Part shown: one piece after another, positions 24,538 through 38,057 of the stretch | How positions within the stretch are numbered: the first letter of the stretch is position 1 | Layout of the letters: every line of letters begins with the position of its first letter | Source: Raja brachyura | Taxonomy: Eukaryota | DNA length: 64,000 nucleotides | Assembly: GCA_963514005.1 (NCBI GenBank) | Contig: OY740783.1 | Coordinates: 20,646,001-20,710,000 of the forward strand | Direction of reading: 5' to 3' | The notes under the pieces: generated by a model | What the model saw: only the letters and a program-made list of their open reading frames with translations | What the model was told of the DNA's origin: nothing | Database searches by the model: none | Position numbers and translations under genes: made by a program

Positions 24538-24859
24538 GGGCCTGTCCCCCTTCCGCGACCTTTACAGGCGACATCTGGCACCCGTGATAGGTCGCCGAAA
24601 TGTTCAACATGTTGAAAATTCAGCGGCGACCAGAAAGACTCTGGAGACCTCTCACGACCATAGGAGACCTCTCATGACCAGGCAGGCTGTACGTTCGTGA
24701 GAGGTCTCCTACGGTCGTGAGCGGTCACCCGCGACATGCCGCCAGGGGTCGCCTGTATGGTTGTGAGAGGACTCCTATGGTCATGAGAGGTCTCCAAAGA
24801 TTCGTAGCGTTTTTCTGGTCGCCGCTGATTTTCCAACATGTTGCAAATTTTGGCGACCA
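24538..24859. mobile_element. Fold-back MITE related to 18394-18717, right end truncated
   Basis: ttaa-gggcctgtcccc start; arms contain tcaacatgttga; long internal inverted repeat. Confidence 0.7.
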
Positions 24860-24939
24860 ATCAGTCCATGCCAGTCAAGATGCTACACTTGTTTATAGTT
24901 TATTTTGTATGTTTATTTGGTACTTTTGACTAATAATTC

Positions 24940-25765
24940 CCGGGGGCACCGTCCAGTTGGGTATGGCTGCCCTGCCCGCAGCTGTCCATCCTTTCACTTC
25001 TTTTTTTTATTTTTAGTACGTTAAAAAGTGTTGTTTGGAGGTCTATTCTTTTTATGTGTGGGGGGTGGGGTTGGGGGGGGGGGAGGGAAGGGGGGAAACT
25101 GTATTTCTCAGTCCCTACCTGGTCGGAGAAGCAGGCCTTCCTCCGAGCAGTATCTTCGCCCCGTCCATCGCGGCCTACCATCGGGGTCTGGACGGCTTCG
25201 GCGGTGGCGCAGCTCTGGAGCGCTATCGCGGAACGGGTGACGCCTTGCCAGGGTCGTCACGCTGGAGCTCCAAAATGCTGAGACGATTGAACATCGCAGA
25301 GCTGCGGGGTCTGTGGAGCGGCCAGCCACGGGCGGCAGCGCTGACTTTAACACCGGGTGCCTGGGATCTCTCGCCGAGATCGCCAGTGGTGGAGCTCTGT
25401 CCAGCGCGGCCTATTGGCTGCGGAAGCCAAGGTCTCTGGTAAGGAAGTGGCCGTTCCAAGCACCCCAAACCGCTGAGAGGGTTCTCCCGCGCCGGAGCAC
25501 CATCACCCGGCGAGAAGGGCTTGAAACATCGGGCCGCCGTAGCGGCGACTGCGGAGGCCTCAATAGGCCCGAGTATGGGTGGACAAGGGGATGGGGACTG
25601 GACTTTGTGCCTTCCCACACAGTGGAACCATTGTGGGGGGGATGTTTTTATGTTTATTGTTAAATTCTTTAATGTTGTGTCTTATCTTTATTTGTGTGCT
25701 GCAATGGCAACTTGAATTTCACTACACCAATTGGTGTATGTGACAATAAATGAACCTTTGAACCT
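24940..25765 (+). mobile_element. GC/CpG-rich non-autonomous retroposon, second copy of the 2011-2871 family
   Basis: Same order of motifs: gggggc..gtccagttgg.tatggctgccc, poly-G, ccctacctggtcggaga, ggactggactttgtgccttccc, tgtgacaataaa. Confidence 0.8.
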
Positions 25766-26444
25766 TAATTCATTAATTAATTAGATTTGTCTATAAAAAA
25801 AACCACAGGAATAAGTAATGACCAGGCTGTAGTATTTACTTAGTGCTAGGTGCAACAGTGAAGGAAAATCTTCAATTCTAATGGATGCAAAATGGACATC
25901 TTGAATTGAATCTGCCATATCCCTGCATCCTCAACGCTAATGAGACCAGCGGCCCTTCCTTGCCATTAAATTAGGGTGTGGAATATAAAAGGCAACCAAT
26001 CTTTACAAAGCGGCCATAATATTGGCTCTTGACAGTTTGTGGGCCATCTTCCTCAAATTGAAGTTACTACAATTAATTTTGAAAAGCTTATCAAAATAAA
26101 ATTTAAATTGTCAATGCTTTGTGGTGATCCACATAATGCTCTCGCTGGAAAGTTCAGCAAATAATCCACCTTCTAATTAGAAGCAGGCGGAATTTACATT
26201 GTGGTCCACTGCCAGGAAAGTTTCAATCTTGCTTAGTGACAGACTAAAAGACACATGAAGTCTGCCATTATTAGTTTCATGGTTTAATTTTATTTTTAAC
26301 AAAGTTACATAAGCTCTTTTTCAAAGCTCATTCTGATGTTTATGAAGTGGCCCAGTGTTTTCATGTTTGAAGATGCATTTCAAAGTCCCCTTCTTTGAAG
26401 CCATAGCCACAAGATTGTCCTGCCAGCAACAATGTTTTCATTGT

Positions 26445-27450
26445 TCACAAGTTACGGGCGTAGAATTCAGTCCATTCAGCCCATCGAGTCCACGCCGCCA
26501 TTCAATCATGGCCTCCTAATCCCATTTTCCTGCCTTCTCCCCATAACATAGAAGCATAGAAACATAGAAAATAGGTGCAGGAGTAGGCCATTTGGCCCTT
26601 CGAGCCTGCACCGCCATTCAATATGATCATGGCTGATCATCCAACTCAGTATCCTGCACCTGCCTTCTCTCCATACCCCCTGATCCCTTTAGCCACAAGG
26701 GTCACATCTAACTCTCTCTTAAATATAGCCAATGAACTGGCATCAACTACTTTATGTGGCAGAGAATTCCACAGATTCATCACTCTCTGAATTTTTATTT
26801 TCTCATCTCGGTCCAAAAGACTTCCCCCTTATCCTTAAACTGTGACCCCTTGTTCTGGACTCCCCCAACATCGGGAACAATCTTCCTGCATCTAGCCTGT
26901 CCAACCCCTTAAGAATTTTGTACGTTTCTATAAGATCGTCCCTCAATCTTCTAAATTCTAGCGAGTACAAGCCGAGTCTATCCAGTCTTTCTTCATATGA
27001 AAGTCCTGCCATCCAAGGAATCAGTCTGGTAAACCTTCTCTGTGCTCCCTCGATGGCAAGAATGTCTTTCCTCAGATTAGGAGAGCAAAACTGTACGCAA
27101 TACTCCAGGTGTGGTCTCACCAAGGCCCTGTACAACTGCAGTAGATCCTCCCTGCTCCTATACTCAAATCCTTTTGCTGTGAATGCTAACATACCATTCA
27201 CTTTCTTCACTCCTGCTCTAATCAAGAATAACCATTGACACCTGCTCTAATCAAGAATTTGTCTATCTCTGCCTTAAAAATATCCACTGTCTTGGGCTTC
27301 ACAGCCCTCTGTGGCAATGAGTTCCACAGACTAACTACTCTCTGACTAATGAAGTTCCTCCTCGCCTCCTCTCTAAAAGAGCGTCCTTTAATTCTGAGGC
27401 TATGACCTCGTCCTAGACTCTCCCACCTGTGGAAACATCCTTTCCACATC
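26445..27450 (-). mobile_element. Nested CR1-type LINE fragments
   Basis: Minus ORF LLQLYRALVRPHLEYCVQF...LEFRRLRDDLIETYKILKG inserted within another CR1 tail. Confidence 0.88.
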
Positions 27451-28614
27451 GACTGCATCTATGCTTACTGATCTCACTATAACTTTCCAAGCCTCACTAT
27501 CACTGACAGTGCTCACAGTGGCTCTAATTTCTTCATACGTGTAGGAAGGAACTGATGCTGGTTTACACCGAAGGAACATAAAATGCTGGAGTAACTCGGT
27601 GGGACAGGCAGCGTTTCTGGAGGAAAGGGATAGGTGGCATTTTGGGTTGAGACCCTGCGTCAAACTCTTTTCAGAAATAGCATCTCGACCCGATACGTTG
27701 CCTATTCCTTTTCTCAAGAGTTGCTGCCGATGTATCATTGTGTATCATTGTACCTTAGAAAATTCTGCCTCATTTATAATATTATTCAGCCTAAATGCAA
27801 AGACAAACTATTGTGGATTCTGGAAGTATGAAATATATATAAAAACTACTGAAATCCGTCTGTGAAGAAAGAAAATAATTCAGTTAATATTTGAGGCCAG
27901 TGAATTATCATTAGAAGTTCATGTTTTAGGAGCAGAATTAGTCCATTCAGCCCATCAAGTCCACTCCACCATTCAATCATGGCTGATCTATCATTCCCAT
28001 CAAAGCCCATTTTCCTGCCTTCTCCCCATAACCCCTGACACCCGTACTAATCAAGGATCTGTCAATCTCTGCCTTAAAAGTTTAGTTTAGTTTGGTTTAA
28101 TGTCATGTGTACCGAGATCCAGTGAAAACCTTCTGCTGCATGTTATCTGAAAATATCCATTGCCCTGGCCTCCGGTGCCAAGAGTTATGGGGAGAAGGCA
28201 GGAAAATTGGATTAGGAGGCGGAGATCAGCTTTGATTGAATGGCAGAGTAGACTCGATGGGCTGAATGGCCTAATTCTACTCCTATAACGTGAACTTCTG
28301 AGAATCAGAAAGCATAATGAATGCAAAAAGGTTTGAAGCAAGGATGGATGTCTCTATTTTTCTAAGGCTGCTGTTGCCTGGATATGTAAATTCATCACAG
28401 GATCAAAGCAGTCATTTAAAACCGTTTAATGTTCATGAAATATTCTTTATGCTGTGATGGTGGTGCCAAGGAGGGACGGTAGTGTGGTGCAGCTACCTGT
28501 AAACTTTTTCTTGGTATTTTTGTGAGTGGGGCTTGTTCTGGCACCACAGTGCAACAGGACTTCCAACCAAATCACAAGACAATGGCGACATGTTAAAGAC
28601 GGAGTTTAGACGGA

Positions 28615-28930
28615 TGAGAAACATACAATTATATAAGGACTGGACAGGCTAGATGCAGAAAAAATGTGCCTAATGTTGGGCGAGTCCAGAACCAGGGGCC
28701 ACAATCTTAGAATAAAGTGGAGGCCATTTAAGACTGAGGTGAGAAAAAGCTTTTTCACCCAGAGAGTTGTGAATTTGTGGAATTCCCTGCCACAAATGGG
28801 GAGAAGGCAGGCATGGGTCATTGATTGGGGATGATCAGCCATGATCACAATGAATGGCGGTGCTGGCTCGAAGGGCCGAATGGCCTCCTCCTGCACCTAT
28901 TTTCTATGTTTCTACATTTCTATGTTTTCA
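28615..28930 (+). mobile_element. CR1-type LINE 3' fragment
   Basis: gagtccagaaccaggggccac...gtggaattccctgccaca...(ctatgttt) tail. Confidence 0.8.
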
Positions 28931-29259
28931 AATGGATTATTACCTTTATAAAATAATGGATTAAAAAATGATAAAAACATGCAAAGCATTGTTGTATTAA
29001 TGTTGTAGACGTTAACTTAACCATAACAACTTTATACAAACAACTTCATAACCTCAGTCCAAGTATTTGGCAACTCACATTCTAACCTTTGAGGTGCGAC
29101 ACTGGTAGTTGGCAGTAGCACATACAGCAGATGATTTATTGGCATGCCTTTGACATTTTTCTATTGGAAACAATGCTTTAAATAATTAAAGTGCAACTTG
29201 TTCCATCAAGAGACTCTTTAAAATTGAAGCTGAACTTCCCTTTTACTGGAGGTTCCGAA

Positions 29260-29695
29260 GAGGATGGCGCCATCAGTGATGGCAGCCTCGCTAACTGTCT
29301 GTCTGTCTTTTTGTCGTTTTTTGTTAGTTTTAGTGTGTTTTTAAATTAAAAAGTATGTGTTAATGTTCTCTGGTTCATTTTATGTGGGGGGTGGGGGAGG
29401 GGGGGGGGGGTCGGGGGAAGCTTTTTAAATCTCTTACCTTGCCGGAGATGTAATTGTTTTCCGGATCGTGTCTCCGGTCGCTCTGCAGCCTAACATCATG
29501 GAGCTGGCGGCCTTGCTCGAGACTGACTTTGAGCCCCACCACGGGGCTGTGGACTTGCCATTGGAGCCTATGATCCCTTGCCTGGGATCGACGCTCCAAC
29601 CGCGGCCTGCTGATTCCAACATCTAGGAGCTCGCAGTCTCGGGTAGAAACTGATGTCAGGAAGCTCCAATCCGCAAGAAGTTCGGCTGATGAGAG
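29260..29695 (+). mobile_element. GC-rich retroposon 5' part (16690 family)
   Basis: gccatcagtgatggc hairpin head, poly-G, tcttaccttgccggaga, atcccttgcctgggatcg shared with about 16906. Confidence 0.65.
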
Positions 29696-29699
29696 TACC

Positions 29700-30611
29700 T
29701 CCACCCGATCGTCCCTCCCCATTCACTGCCTTGTGGCCAATCACCAGGATCGTGGGGCAGCAATCTCGTTACCATTGAAAATGTCCCATTGTGATGTCAT
29801 TGTGGCAGTCGGCAGCTTGTCAGCCAATTGTGATTGGTGCAGTGTGAGTGGCATTGTGACATCATCACTGGAAGCTCCTGAAAAAAGGGCTGTTTGTGAG
29901 GAGGCGGTTTTGGCTTTTTTAAAAACTTTAATCATTAATAACTTTTGAAATATAGCATGAAATCTGAAGTGAACCTGATTGCGGCGTGGAGGAGAATCAG
30001 AAGTTGAGGAGCAGCCCCTTCAGATATTAGCACAGTGGCAGCAACCTCGTGATGTCATTTGTAAATGAGATCCATTGTGATTGGACATCTGTGAGATGGC
30101 ATTGTGACATTATCACTGGAAGGTGCTGGAAGAGTCTGCCACTGAAAAGTAGCTAATTTTTTTCAAATTTGGCTTTAAAAAAAACCCTTTATTCATGAAT
30201 AACTTTGCAATATAGCATGACATCTTAAGTGAAGCTGAGTACGGTGTGGGACAAAAATGCAACCAGAACTTGAGGAGCAGCCCCTTCAGATATTGGTAGA
30301 CTGGCAGCAACCTCGTTACCTTTCGCAATGTCCCATTGTGATGTCATTGTAGCAGCCAGCTTGAGAGGCCATTGTGATTGGTGCACTGTGAGAGGCATTG
30401 TGACATCATCACTGTGAGACGTCTGGAAGCTGTCTGTGAGAAGGCGGTTTTGGCTGTTTGTAAAATTTCAACAACTAATAACTTTGGAATTATAGGTGGA
30501 AATGTGACTGGAAAATGTTTATTTCTACCAGGGTAAAAATTTGAGTAGGATGTGTGAAAATGGGAAGCCTGTGGCCTAACGTTTGGAAGAAGATAGGAAT
30601 TAACCAGATTG

Positions 30612-30682
<71 letters not shown>

Positions 30683-30714
30683 AACAAGACGGAGACTTTT
30701 AGTTATATAGAGAT
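29700..30714 (+). mobile_element. Helentron/HINE-like non-autonomous element with about 3 internal ~270-280-bp tandem units
   Basis: Units begin gcagcaa(t/c)ctcgt at about 29757, 30038 and 30304; ends (CA)n-caaacaag...ttttagttatatagagat. Confidence 0.55.
30613..30678. repeat. (CA)n microsatellite
   Basis: About 33 perfect CA units. Confidence 0.98.
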
Positions 30715-31214
30715 TAAATGCAGTTCAAGATGTCAAAATGTTTGCAGAATGATCCAGGGGCAAGGTGACTCACTGTCCATTTTGAAGAACCAATGGAGAT
30801 GAGACCTCAATCTCAATTAAATCTGTTGGCCCAAATCAGTATGTGCCATAGGCTGGGTTGGACACAATCTGATCTACTGTAAACTATCAATCACAGTAGG
30901 CTGGTACCAAAGTGTAGATGCAACTGGGGCATCAACGCTGTAAATACTGATATGTCAGATAGAAGACTAGCAGCTGGCTTTAACCTGAGAAAGTTCATGA
31001 GTTCACAAGTTATAGGAGTAGAATTAGGCCATTCGGACCATCGAGTATACTCTGCCATTCAATCATGGCTGATCTCTGCCTCCTGCTCCCATTTTCCTGC
31101 CTTCTCCCCATAACCCTTGACACCTGTTCTAATGAATAATTTGTCTATCTGTGCCTTAAAAATATCTACTGATTTGGCCTTCAAAGGTTTGAGCAATACG
31201 GAAGTTTTTCTACA

Positions 31215-33240
31215 GGAATAGATCGAGTAGATACACCGAGTCTCTTCACCCAGAGTGGGGTGAATCGAGGACCAGAGGGCACAGGTTAAAGGTGAAGGGG
31301 AAAAGATTTAATCGGAATCTGAGGGGTAACTTTTTCACACAAACGATGGTGGGTGCATGGAACAAGCTACCAGAGGAGGTATTTTGCAGTCTCACATGTT
31401 CTAAGGTGCTATCTAGGCTCCACATGATCCTGGATTCCACACGAGGCCGGGATAGAGTGGATGTGGAGAAGTTTTTTCCACAAGTGGCAGAGTCTAGGAC
31501 CAGAGGGCACAGCCTCAGAATAAAAGGGCGTACTTTTAGAAATGAGATGAGGGGGAATTTCTTTAATGTGGTGAATCTGCGGAATTAAGTGCCACAGAAG
31601 GCTGTGGAGGCCGTCAATGGATATTTGTAAGGCAAAGATAGACAGATTTTTGATTAATATGAATGTTAGGGGTTATGGGGAGAAGGCAAGGGAATGGGGT
31701 TCGGAGGGAGAGATAGATCAGCCATGATTTGATGGCGGTGTAGACTTGATGGACCAAATGGCCTTATTCTGCTCCCAGAATTTATGATCCATCCAAAGGT
31801 TGGTAGTTGTTAATATTTTTCCATTTTGCTCGTACTTTACTCTCTCTGAGTCTGTGCTTCTTTGGTTATGACTTGATGTTATTTCAATGGATGGTGAGCT
31901 TATTTGGGGTACCTCACACATTGCATTTTATTTTCTTGCATTGGACACGTAATGTTCTTTATATTCAACTTCTACATATGACAAATAACAACTTCAAATC
32001 GTTTGTGTTACATGTTAAATGATAGAAATGTCAAAATAATTAGCATTTATTTCTCTTGTACACATAGAACCATAGAAACATAGAAAATAGGTACAGGAGG
32101 AGGCCATTCGGCCCTTCGAGCTAGCACTGCCTTTCATTGTGATCATGGCTGATCGTCCCCTATCAATAACCTGTGCCTGCCTTCTCCCCATATCCCTTGA
32201 CACCACTAGCCACTAGAGCTCTGTCTAACTTGCTCTTAAATCCATCCAGTGACTTGGCCTCCACTGCCCTCTGTGGCAGGGAATTCCATAAATTCACAGC
32301 TCTCTGGGTGAAAACATTTTTTCTCACCTCAGTCTTAAATGACCTCCCCTTTATTCTAAGACTGTGGCCCCTGGTTCTGGACTAGTCCAACATTGGGAAC
32401 ATTTTCCCTGCATCTAGCTTGTCCAGTCCTTTTATAATTGTACATGTTTCTATAAGATATCCACTCATCCTTCTAAACTCCAGTGAATACAAGCCTATAT
32501 AAGCCATCTTAAAACATGATATCAAATTTGGCTTATGCCCCTTTTTGCATTTTATTGGAACCACTGTTAATACACTGAAACATGGCACCTTCAGCAGGTA
32601 CAAATACTCATTTATTTTATCCTGAGATTAGAATGCAAACATTAAATTATTAAATTGATTAAAATTTCTAAAACTTATTTGACATAGAAACAGAAACATA
32701 GAAAATAAGTGCAGGAGTAGGCCATTCGGCCCTTCGAGCCAGCTCTGCCATTCAGTATGATCATGGCTGATCATCTAAAATCAGTACCCCATTCCTGCTT
32801 TCTCCCCATACCCCTTGATTCCATTAGCCCTAAGAGCTAAATCTCTCTCGAAAATCAGAGAATTCCACAGATTCATAACTCTCTGGCTGAAAAGGTTTTT
32901 CGTAATTTCAGTCCAAAATGACCTACCCCGTATTCTTAAACTGTGACTCCTGGTTTTGCACTCCCATCAACATGGGGATAATTTTTCTTGCGTCTAGCCT
33001 GTCCAATCCATAAATTTTATATATTTCTATGAGATATCATCTCATCCTTCTAAATTCCACTGAATATAAGCAGTCTAGTTCGCATTCAAATAAAATGATA
33101 ATGCTCAAGGGATATGGGGAGAAGGCAGGAACGGGGTACTGATTGTGGATGATCAGCCATGATCGCAGTGAATGGCAGTGCTGGCTCGATGGGCTGAATG
33201 GCCTACACCTGCACCTATTTTCTGTTTCAATGTATCTAAG
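31215..33240. mobile_element. Cluster of CR1-type 3' fragments in both orientations
   Basis: Plus copies at 31215-31790 and 33105-33240; minus copies at 32065-32500 and 32685-33070. Confidence 0.8.
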
Positions 33241-33530
33241 CCCAGTCGAATATGGAGGTTTGTGTTGAACAGATGAAAAGCATTGACCAGTTACTAATGT
33301 CGGAATAGATTTTAAGCCAGAATTTAATAATTATCTATAAATTATACTTCGTAACAATGTGGCACATCTCAGAAACAAGTCTCATCCTTTAATGTAAACT
33401 CAGTCCATCTTGACTCGTTGTGCTTATGTCACTAATTGTAATGATTTCCTGTGACTTTCTTTGCTGACTCAGCACAAGCAGGATCAGGTGAAGGGCAATG
33501 TGTAAAGGCTGTTCTGTTGTATGTACACAG

Positions 33531-33649
33531 GGTAATGCACGATGAAGTGAGTGACACAGAAAACATTCGGAAAAATCTTGCAATCGAACGAACAATTGTG
33601 GAAGGATGCGACATTTTGCTGGATACAAGCCAAACGTTTGTACGCCAAG
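33531..33649 (+). CDS. RASGRF2: RASGRF2 coding exon (probably exon 9), DH-PH linker
   Basis: acacag|G acceptor, CAAG|gtaagt donor, 119 nt. [39 protein letters not shown]. Confidence 0.96.
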
Positions 33650-34451
33650 GTAAGTGTATTTATATTACATTGGACAGAAAATTAAAGACTAATGCTCATT
33701 GTACAATGGCAAAGGATGAACGGGTCAAATCCATTGGTGTCAAAAATTCTTGTGACCCTGCAAGGATGCGCATTGCTTACATCTAAACTGATTAGGTGTT
33801 CCACCAGGTAGCTGTTTGGAATACTGAACATAAGTACAATTTTAATTGCTGGAACTCTTGGAGAATAAGAACGCTGGCAACATATTACTGAGTTGTATTT
33901 GGTGAAGACCAGATTAACCACTGTCTCCCGTGCTAAAATGTCCCCTAAAATGAACAGTGGTACATAGTCTGAGGCTTTTGGACGGTGTGAGCGGAAGGAA
34001 GAAAATACATTCAGAAAAATTTACAAATCTTTTTGTATATTAGGATATATTAGAGGTGCTACAACCTGCAGATTCAAGGGCAGTTTCATCCCAGCTGTTA
34101 TCAGGGAACTGAAGCATCCTATCACCAACTAGAGCACCAACTAGAGAGTGCAGCTGACCTACCATTCTCATTGGAGATCCTCGGACTATCTTATCGTACT
34201 TTACTGAATTTTATCTTACACTATACGTTATTGCCTTTATACTGTATCTGTACACTGTGGACGGCTTAATTGTAATCATGTATAGTCTTTTCGCTGACTG
34301 GATAATAAACTAAATTAAATGTAATTTTGGAAACATAAGTACATCTGATTAACAGGGTATACATAACGAATATAAGAAACAGTGGCAGAGTAGACCGATT
34401 GGCTTCTCGATCCTGTTTCCATGAAAGATAGAAAGATTTAAAGACCGCAAG

Positions 34452-35279
34452 CAGTGGCGGAAATCCTGGGGGGACAGGGATTGTTTTGTGTACCCCCCCC
34501 CCCCCCCCCATATTTTGTAATCCGGATTTTTAAACCCAGTGAAATCTCCGCTTTCCACGAGACAGTGGGGGTGGGACTGCTGATCGAGGGCGCCGATTGG
34601 ACGGGAGAGACGTCGGTCGGCAGGCAATGGGGGTGGGACATGATGATTCAGCGCGATGATAGGAGGAGGAAAGTGTCGGTCAGAGGCGGAAGTAGGGGGG
34701 TGGGACTAAGGATAGAGTGCGGTGATTGGAGGAGGGAGACGTGCCCAGGTCATAGGGCCACAACGGCAGCCCTGGACACAGACCTGCGCCTCATCCTCAG
34801 CCAGGATCGATCCCGGCCGTCTCTCCGGCACCGCAATCGCTGCCGAACCGCCACTGGACCATCCCCGTCCCCACCCGAGCACCCGGGGGTGGGCAGAGAC
34901 ATCGGGAATCAGACGGGCGTGGTGCCCCAGGCCCACAGCCAGCGCAGAGAAGCAGCGCTAAATCCAGCTCAACTCTGCCTGTCCCGCAGGGTTAACCTAC
35001 AGCCCTGCCTAAACTTAAGGGAAATATGGCCCAGGCTTACAGACAGTGCGGAGAAGCAGCGCTAGCTCCACGGCTCCGGACTGGTATTCCGTCAGTCCAG
35101 GCAGGGCTGTAGGTTAACCCGGCGAGACAGGCAGAGTTGAGCTGCATTTAGCGCTGGATTGAGCTGAAATTACCGTTCACAGGGCCCAAGGCAGAAGCCT
35201 TCGAAGCCTCGCATGTGTGTGTGAGTCCCCCCTGTCCCCCGGTCCCCTCCATATTTTGAAAGCGATTTCCGACACACTG
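34452..35279. mobile_element. Non-autonomous hAT-like DNA transposon, 828 bp
   Basis: 8-bp TSD accgcaag (34444-34451 and 35280-35287); TIRs CAGTGGCGGAAATC / GATTTCCGACACACTG; splits a CR1 ORF2 fragment. Confidence 0.85.
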
Positions 35280-35287
35280 ACCGCAAG

Positions 35288-35680
35288 GACGAAATCCAAA
35301 AATTGTTTATCCCTGTCTGGCAAAAAAATAAAACGGTGAAGGTGGCTCAACCATGGCTAACAAGGGAAATCAAGGAGAGTGTTAAATCCAAGGAAGAGGC
35401 ATATAAATTGGACAGAGGGAGTAGCAAACCAGACTGGGAGAAATTTAGAATTCACCAGAGGAGGACAAAGGGGTTAATTAAGAGGGGAGAAAAAATAGCA
35501 TGAAAGAAAGCTTGCGGGGAATATAAAAAGTGACTTAAAAGCTTCTTTCTATATGTAAAAAGGAAAAGATTAGTGAAGACAAATGTAGGTCCCTTACAAT
35601 TAGAGACAGGTGAATTTATAATGGGAAACATGGAAATGGCAGAACTTCTAGCTAAGTACATTGGTTCTGTCTCCCCTACC
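35288..35680 (+). mobile_element. CR1 ORF2 internal fragment
   Basis: FIPVWQKNKTVKVAQPWLTREIKESVKSKEEAYKL. Confidence 0.8.
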
Positions 35681-37569
35681 ATTGGTATGGAACTTTTACA
35701 TTTTTCAGCTTGAAATTGTGGAATATGTTGCATACTGTAGTGAGTCTTTTAACTTACACTTGAATGCAATATATATATGCTTTAAATTGGATTAGCTATG
35801 AATGAGGTTAGAGTAAATTACATTCCTAATTACATTCCATAGTAGAGCCCAGGCTCTGATCCATACGTGCAGCACATGAATGATCTTACTATATTCATGT
35901 AGGGAAATCAGATTATAATCAAACACTTGGCCCATGTTGACCAACCTGAGTCTCTCTGCACACCTGGTACTACTCCTAGCCCTGACTTCAGTTGCATACC
36001 TTCTCTCATTCTTGTCCCCGAGTCCAGCCTTACGCCTGGCCCACTATTCTACCCTGATCATAGCTGTTTACCTGCTTAGGTTCCCAGTGCTGAACACTCC
36101 CCTGGTCCCAGCTTTGACTGCACACCTAGTACTATTCCAGACCTTGACTCTGGATGCACCCTTGGCCTTGCTCCTAGCCCCTTTACACTGACAATATATC
36201 TGGCCCACACATAAAGCCCCATATCTGACCCCCTGGACTTAACCTATTACGTTCAAGTCCACAGGTGCTTAGCTAATGCAGTAATCCTTCATGGGGCACT
36301 TCACAGACCAAATTATGGATAACAGAATTTGCTAAATCCATTGTTATCTAACATGCTAGTCACTTTGTCAAAGAAGTCATCAATTGGTTGAACACAATTC
36401 CCATCCATAAAATTATACTCACTCAGCTGTATAAGTATTCTGATACCATTTCTTTCATTTTCGTAACAAACTGTCCTGAAGTCATCAGGCTAATTACAAA
36501 TCAATAACATTAGCCAACTACGAAACATGAAGCACTGAGCATTGGGATCCAAACATCAGGGATAACTGGCCTTAGTTCCCAGCTCACATCTGGCAGTGTT
36601 CTCCACCTGAACCCGGGGCCGCGGGGCATTTTTGAAAGTGGGGAGGCTGAGCGATCACTGATCACTGGCCTTGGGGGTACCCAGTGAGGGAGTGGAGCAA
36701 CCGAGTGGGGAGAGGGTGTGGAAGAAGGGTGTCCCCCCTCCCAGGGTAGGAACTTTTTGAAATTTGATGTATTAAAATCATGTTTTAGTGCATTGCAGAA
36801 GTATGATTTCAATGTTTTTAAGAGGTAACTTTTTAAGCGGTAACTTTATCCACACAAAGAGTGGTGGGTGTTTGGAACAAGCTGCCAGAGGAAGTAGTTG
36901 AGGCAGGGACCATCCCAACATTTAAGGAACAGTTAGACTGATACATGGATAGGACAGGTTTGGAGGTATGGACCAAAAGCAGGTAGTGTAGCTGGGACAT
37001 GTTGGCGGGTGTGGGCAAGTTGCGCTGAAGGGCCTGTTTTCACACTGTATCAGTCTATGACTACATTATACCTCCACCATGCATGAATGCTTCAAGTGAT
37101 CGAGTTTTATTGCCATATACTCAAGCATAGAAACATAGAAAATAGGTGCAGGAATAGGCCATCGGCCCTTCGAGCCAGCACTGCTATTCAATATGATCAT
37201 GGCTATTCATCTAGAATCAGTATCTTTCCTGTTTTTTCCCCAGATCCCTTGATTTCATGACCTAAATGTAACTCTCTCTTGAAAACATCCAGTGAATTGG
37301 TCTGCACTGCCTTCTGAGGCAGAGAATTCCACAGATTCACAACTCCCTGTGTGAAGAAAGTTTGTCCTCATCTGAGTCCTAACTGGCCCCCCCTTTATTC
37401 TTAAACTGTGACCCCTGGTTCTGAACTCCCCCAACATCGGGAAATATTTTCCTGCAGTTACAGTAAGTGAAAATCGAGCAGGCAAGCAGGGTGCTTTCTC
37501 CAACCACCCCCATTTGAAGTCCACTATCTTCCACCGTTTCTACCCAGTGGCTGGTACTTACTTCCAGCA

Positions 37570-37633
37570 GCCCTCCCTCTCTATCTCCCTCCCTCTCTAT
37601 CTCCCCCTCCCTCTCCCTCTCGCTCCCTCTCCA

Positions 37634-37687
<54 letters not shown>

Positions 37688-38057
37688 TCTCTCTCTCTCT
37701 TCCCCCTCCCTCTCTCTCCTCCTCTCCCCCCTCTCTCTCCCCCATTTCTCCCTCCCACCTCAATCTCCCCCTTGCCCTCTCTCCCCTCTCTCTTTGTCTC
37801 TATCTCCTATTTCTCTGCGCCCCCCCATTTCCCTCTCTTTCCCCCATTTTTCTCTTATCCCCTTTCCCTCTTCCCCCTCTCTCTCTTTTCCCCATCTCTC
37901 CCATTCTCTCCTACCCTCTCCTCCCTCTCACCCCTCTCTCTTCCCCCCCCTCTCCCACCTCTCTCTCCCCTCCTACCTCTTCTCTCTCCCCATTCACTCA
38001 CCCTCTGTCTCTCCCCCCTGTCTCCCTGTCTCCTTCCCCTCTCTCTCCACCTCCCTT
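37570..38057. repeat. ~490-bp polypyrimidine (CT-rich) tract including (CT)n
   Basis: Almost only C and T on the + strand; perfect (CT)n at about 37635-37684. Confidence 0.95.

Noticed and set aside
29430-29450. U1 snRNA-like CTTACCT motif in the GC-rich retroposons
   Set aside because: Similarity is limited to about 7-10 nt and no further U1 structure follows.
29757-30500. CRISPR-like array
   Set aside because: Eukaryotic context; long diverged tandem units without unique spacers or cas genes.
30344-30802. CV- and TH-repeat ORFs
   Set aside because: Translations of the (CA)n microsatellite.
34454-35065. 203-aa ORF as a transposase
   Set aside because: No DDE or hAT motifs; GC-rich non-autonomous interior.
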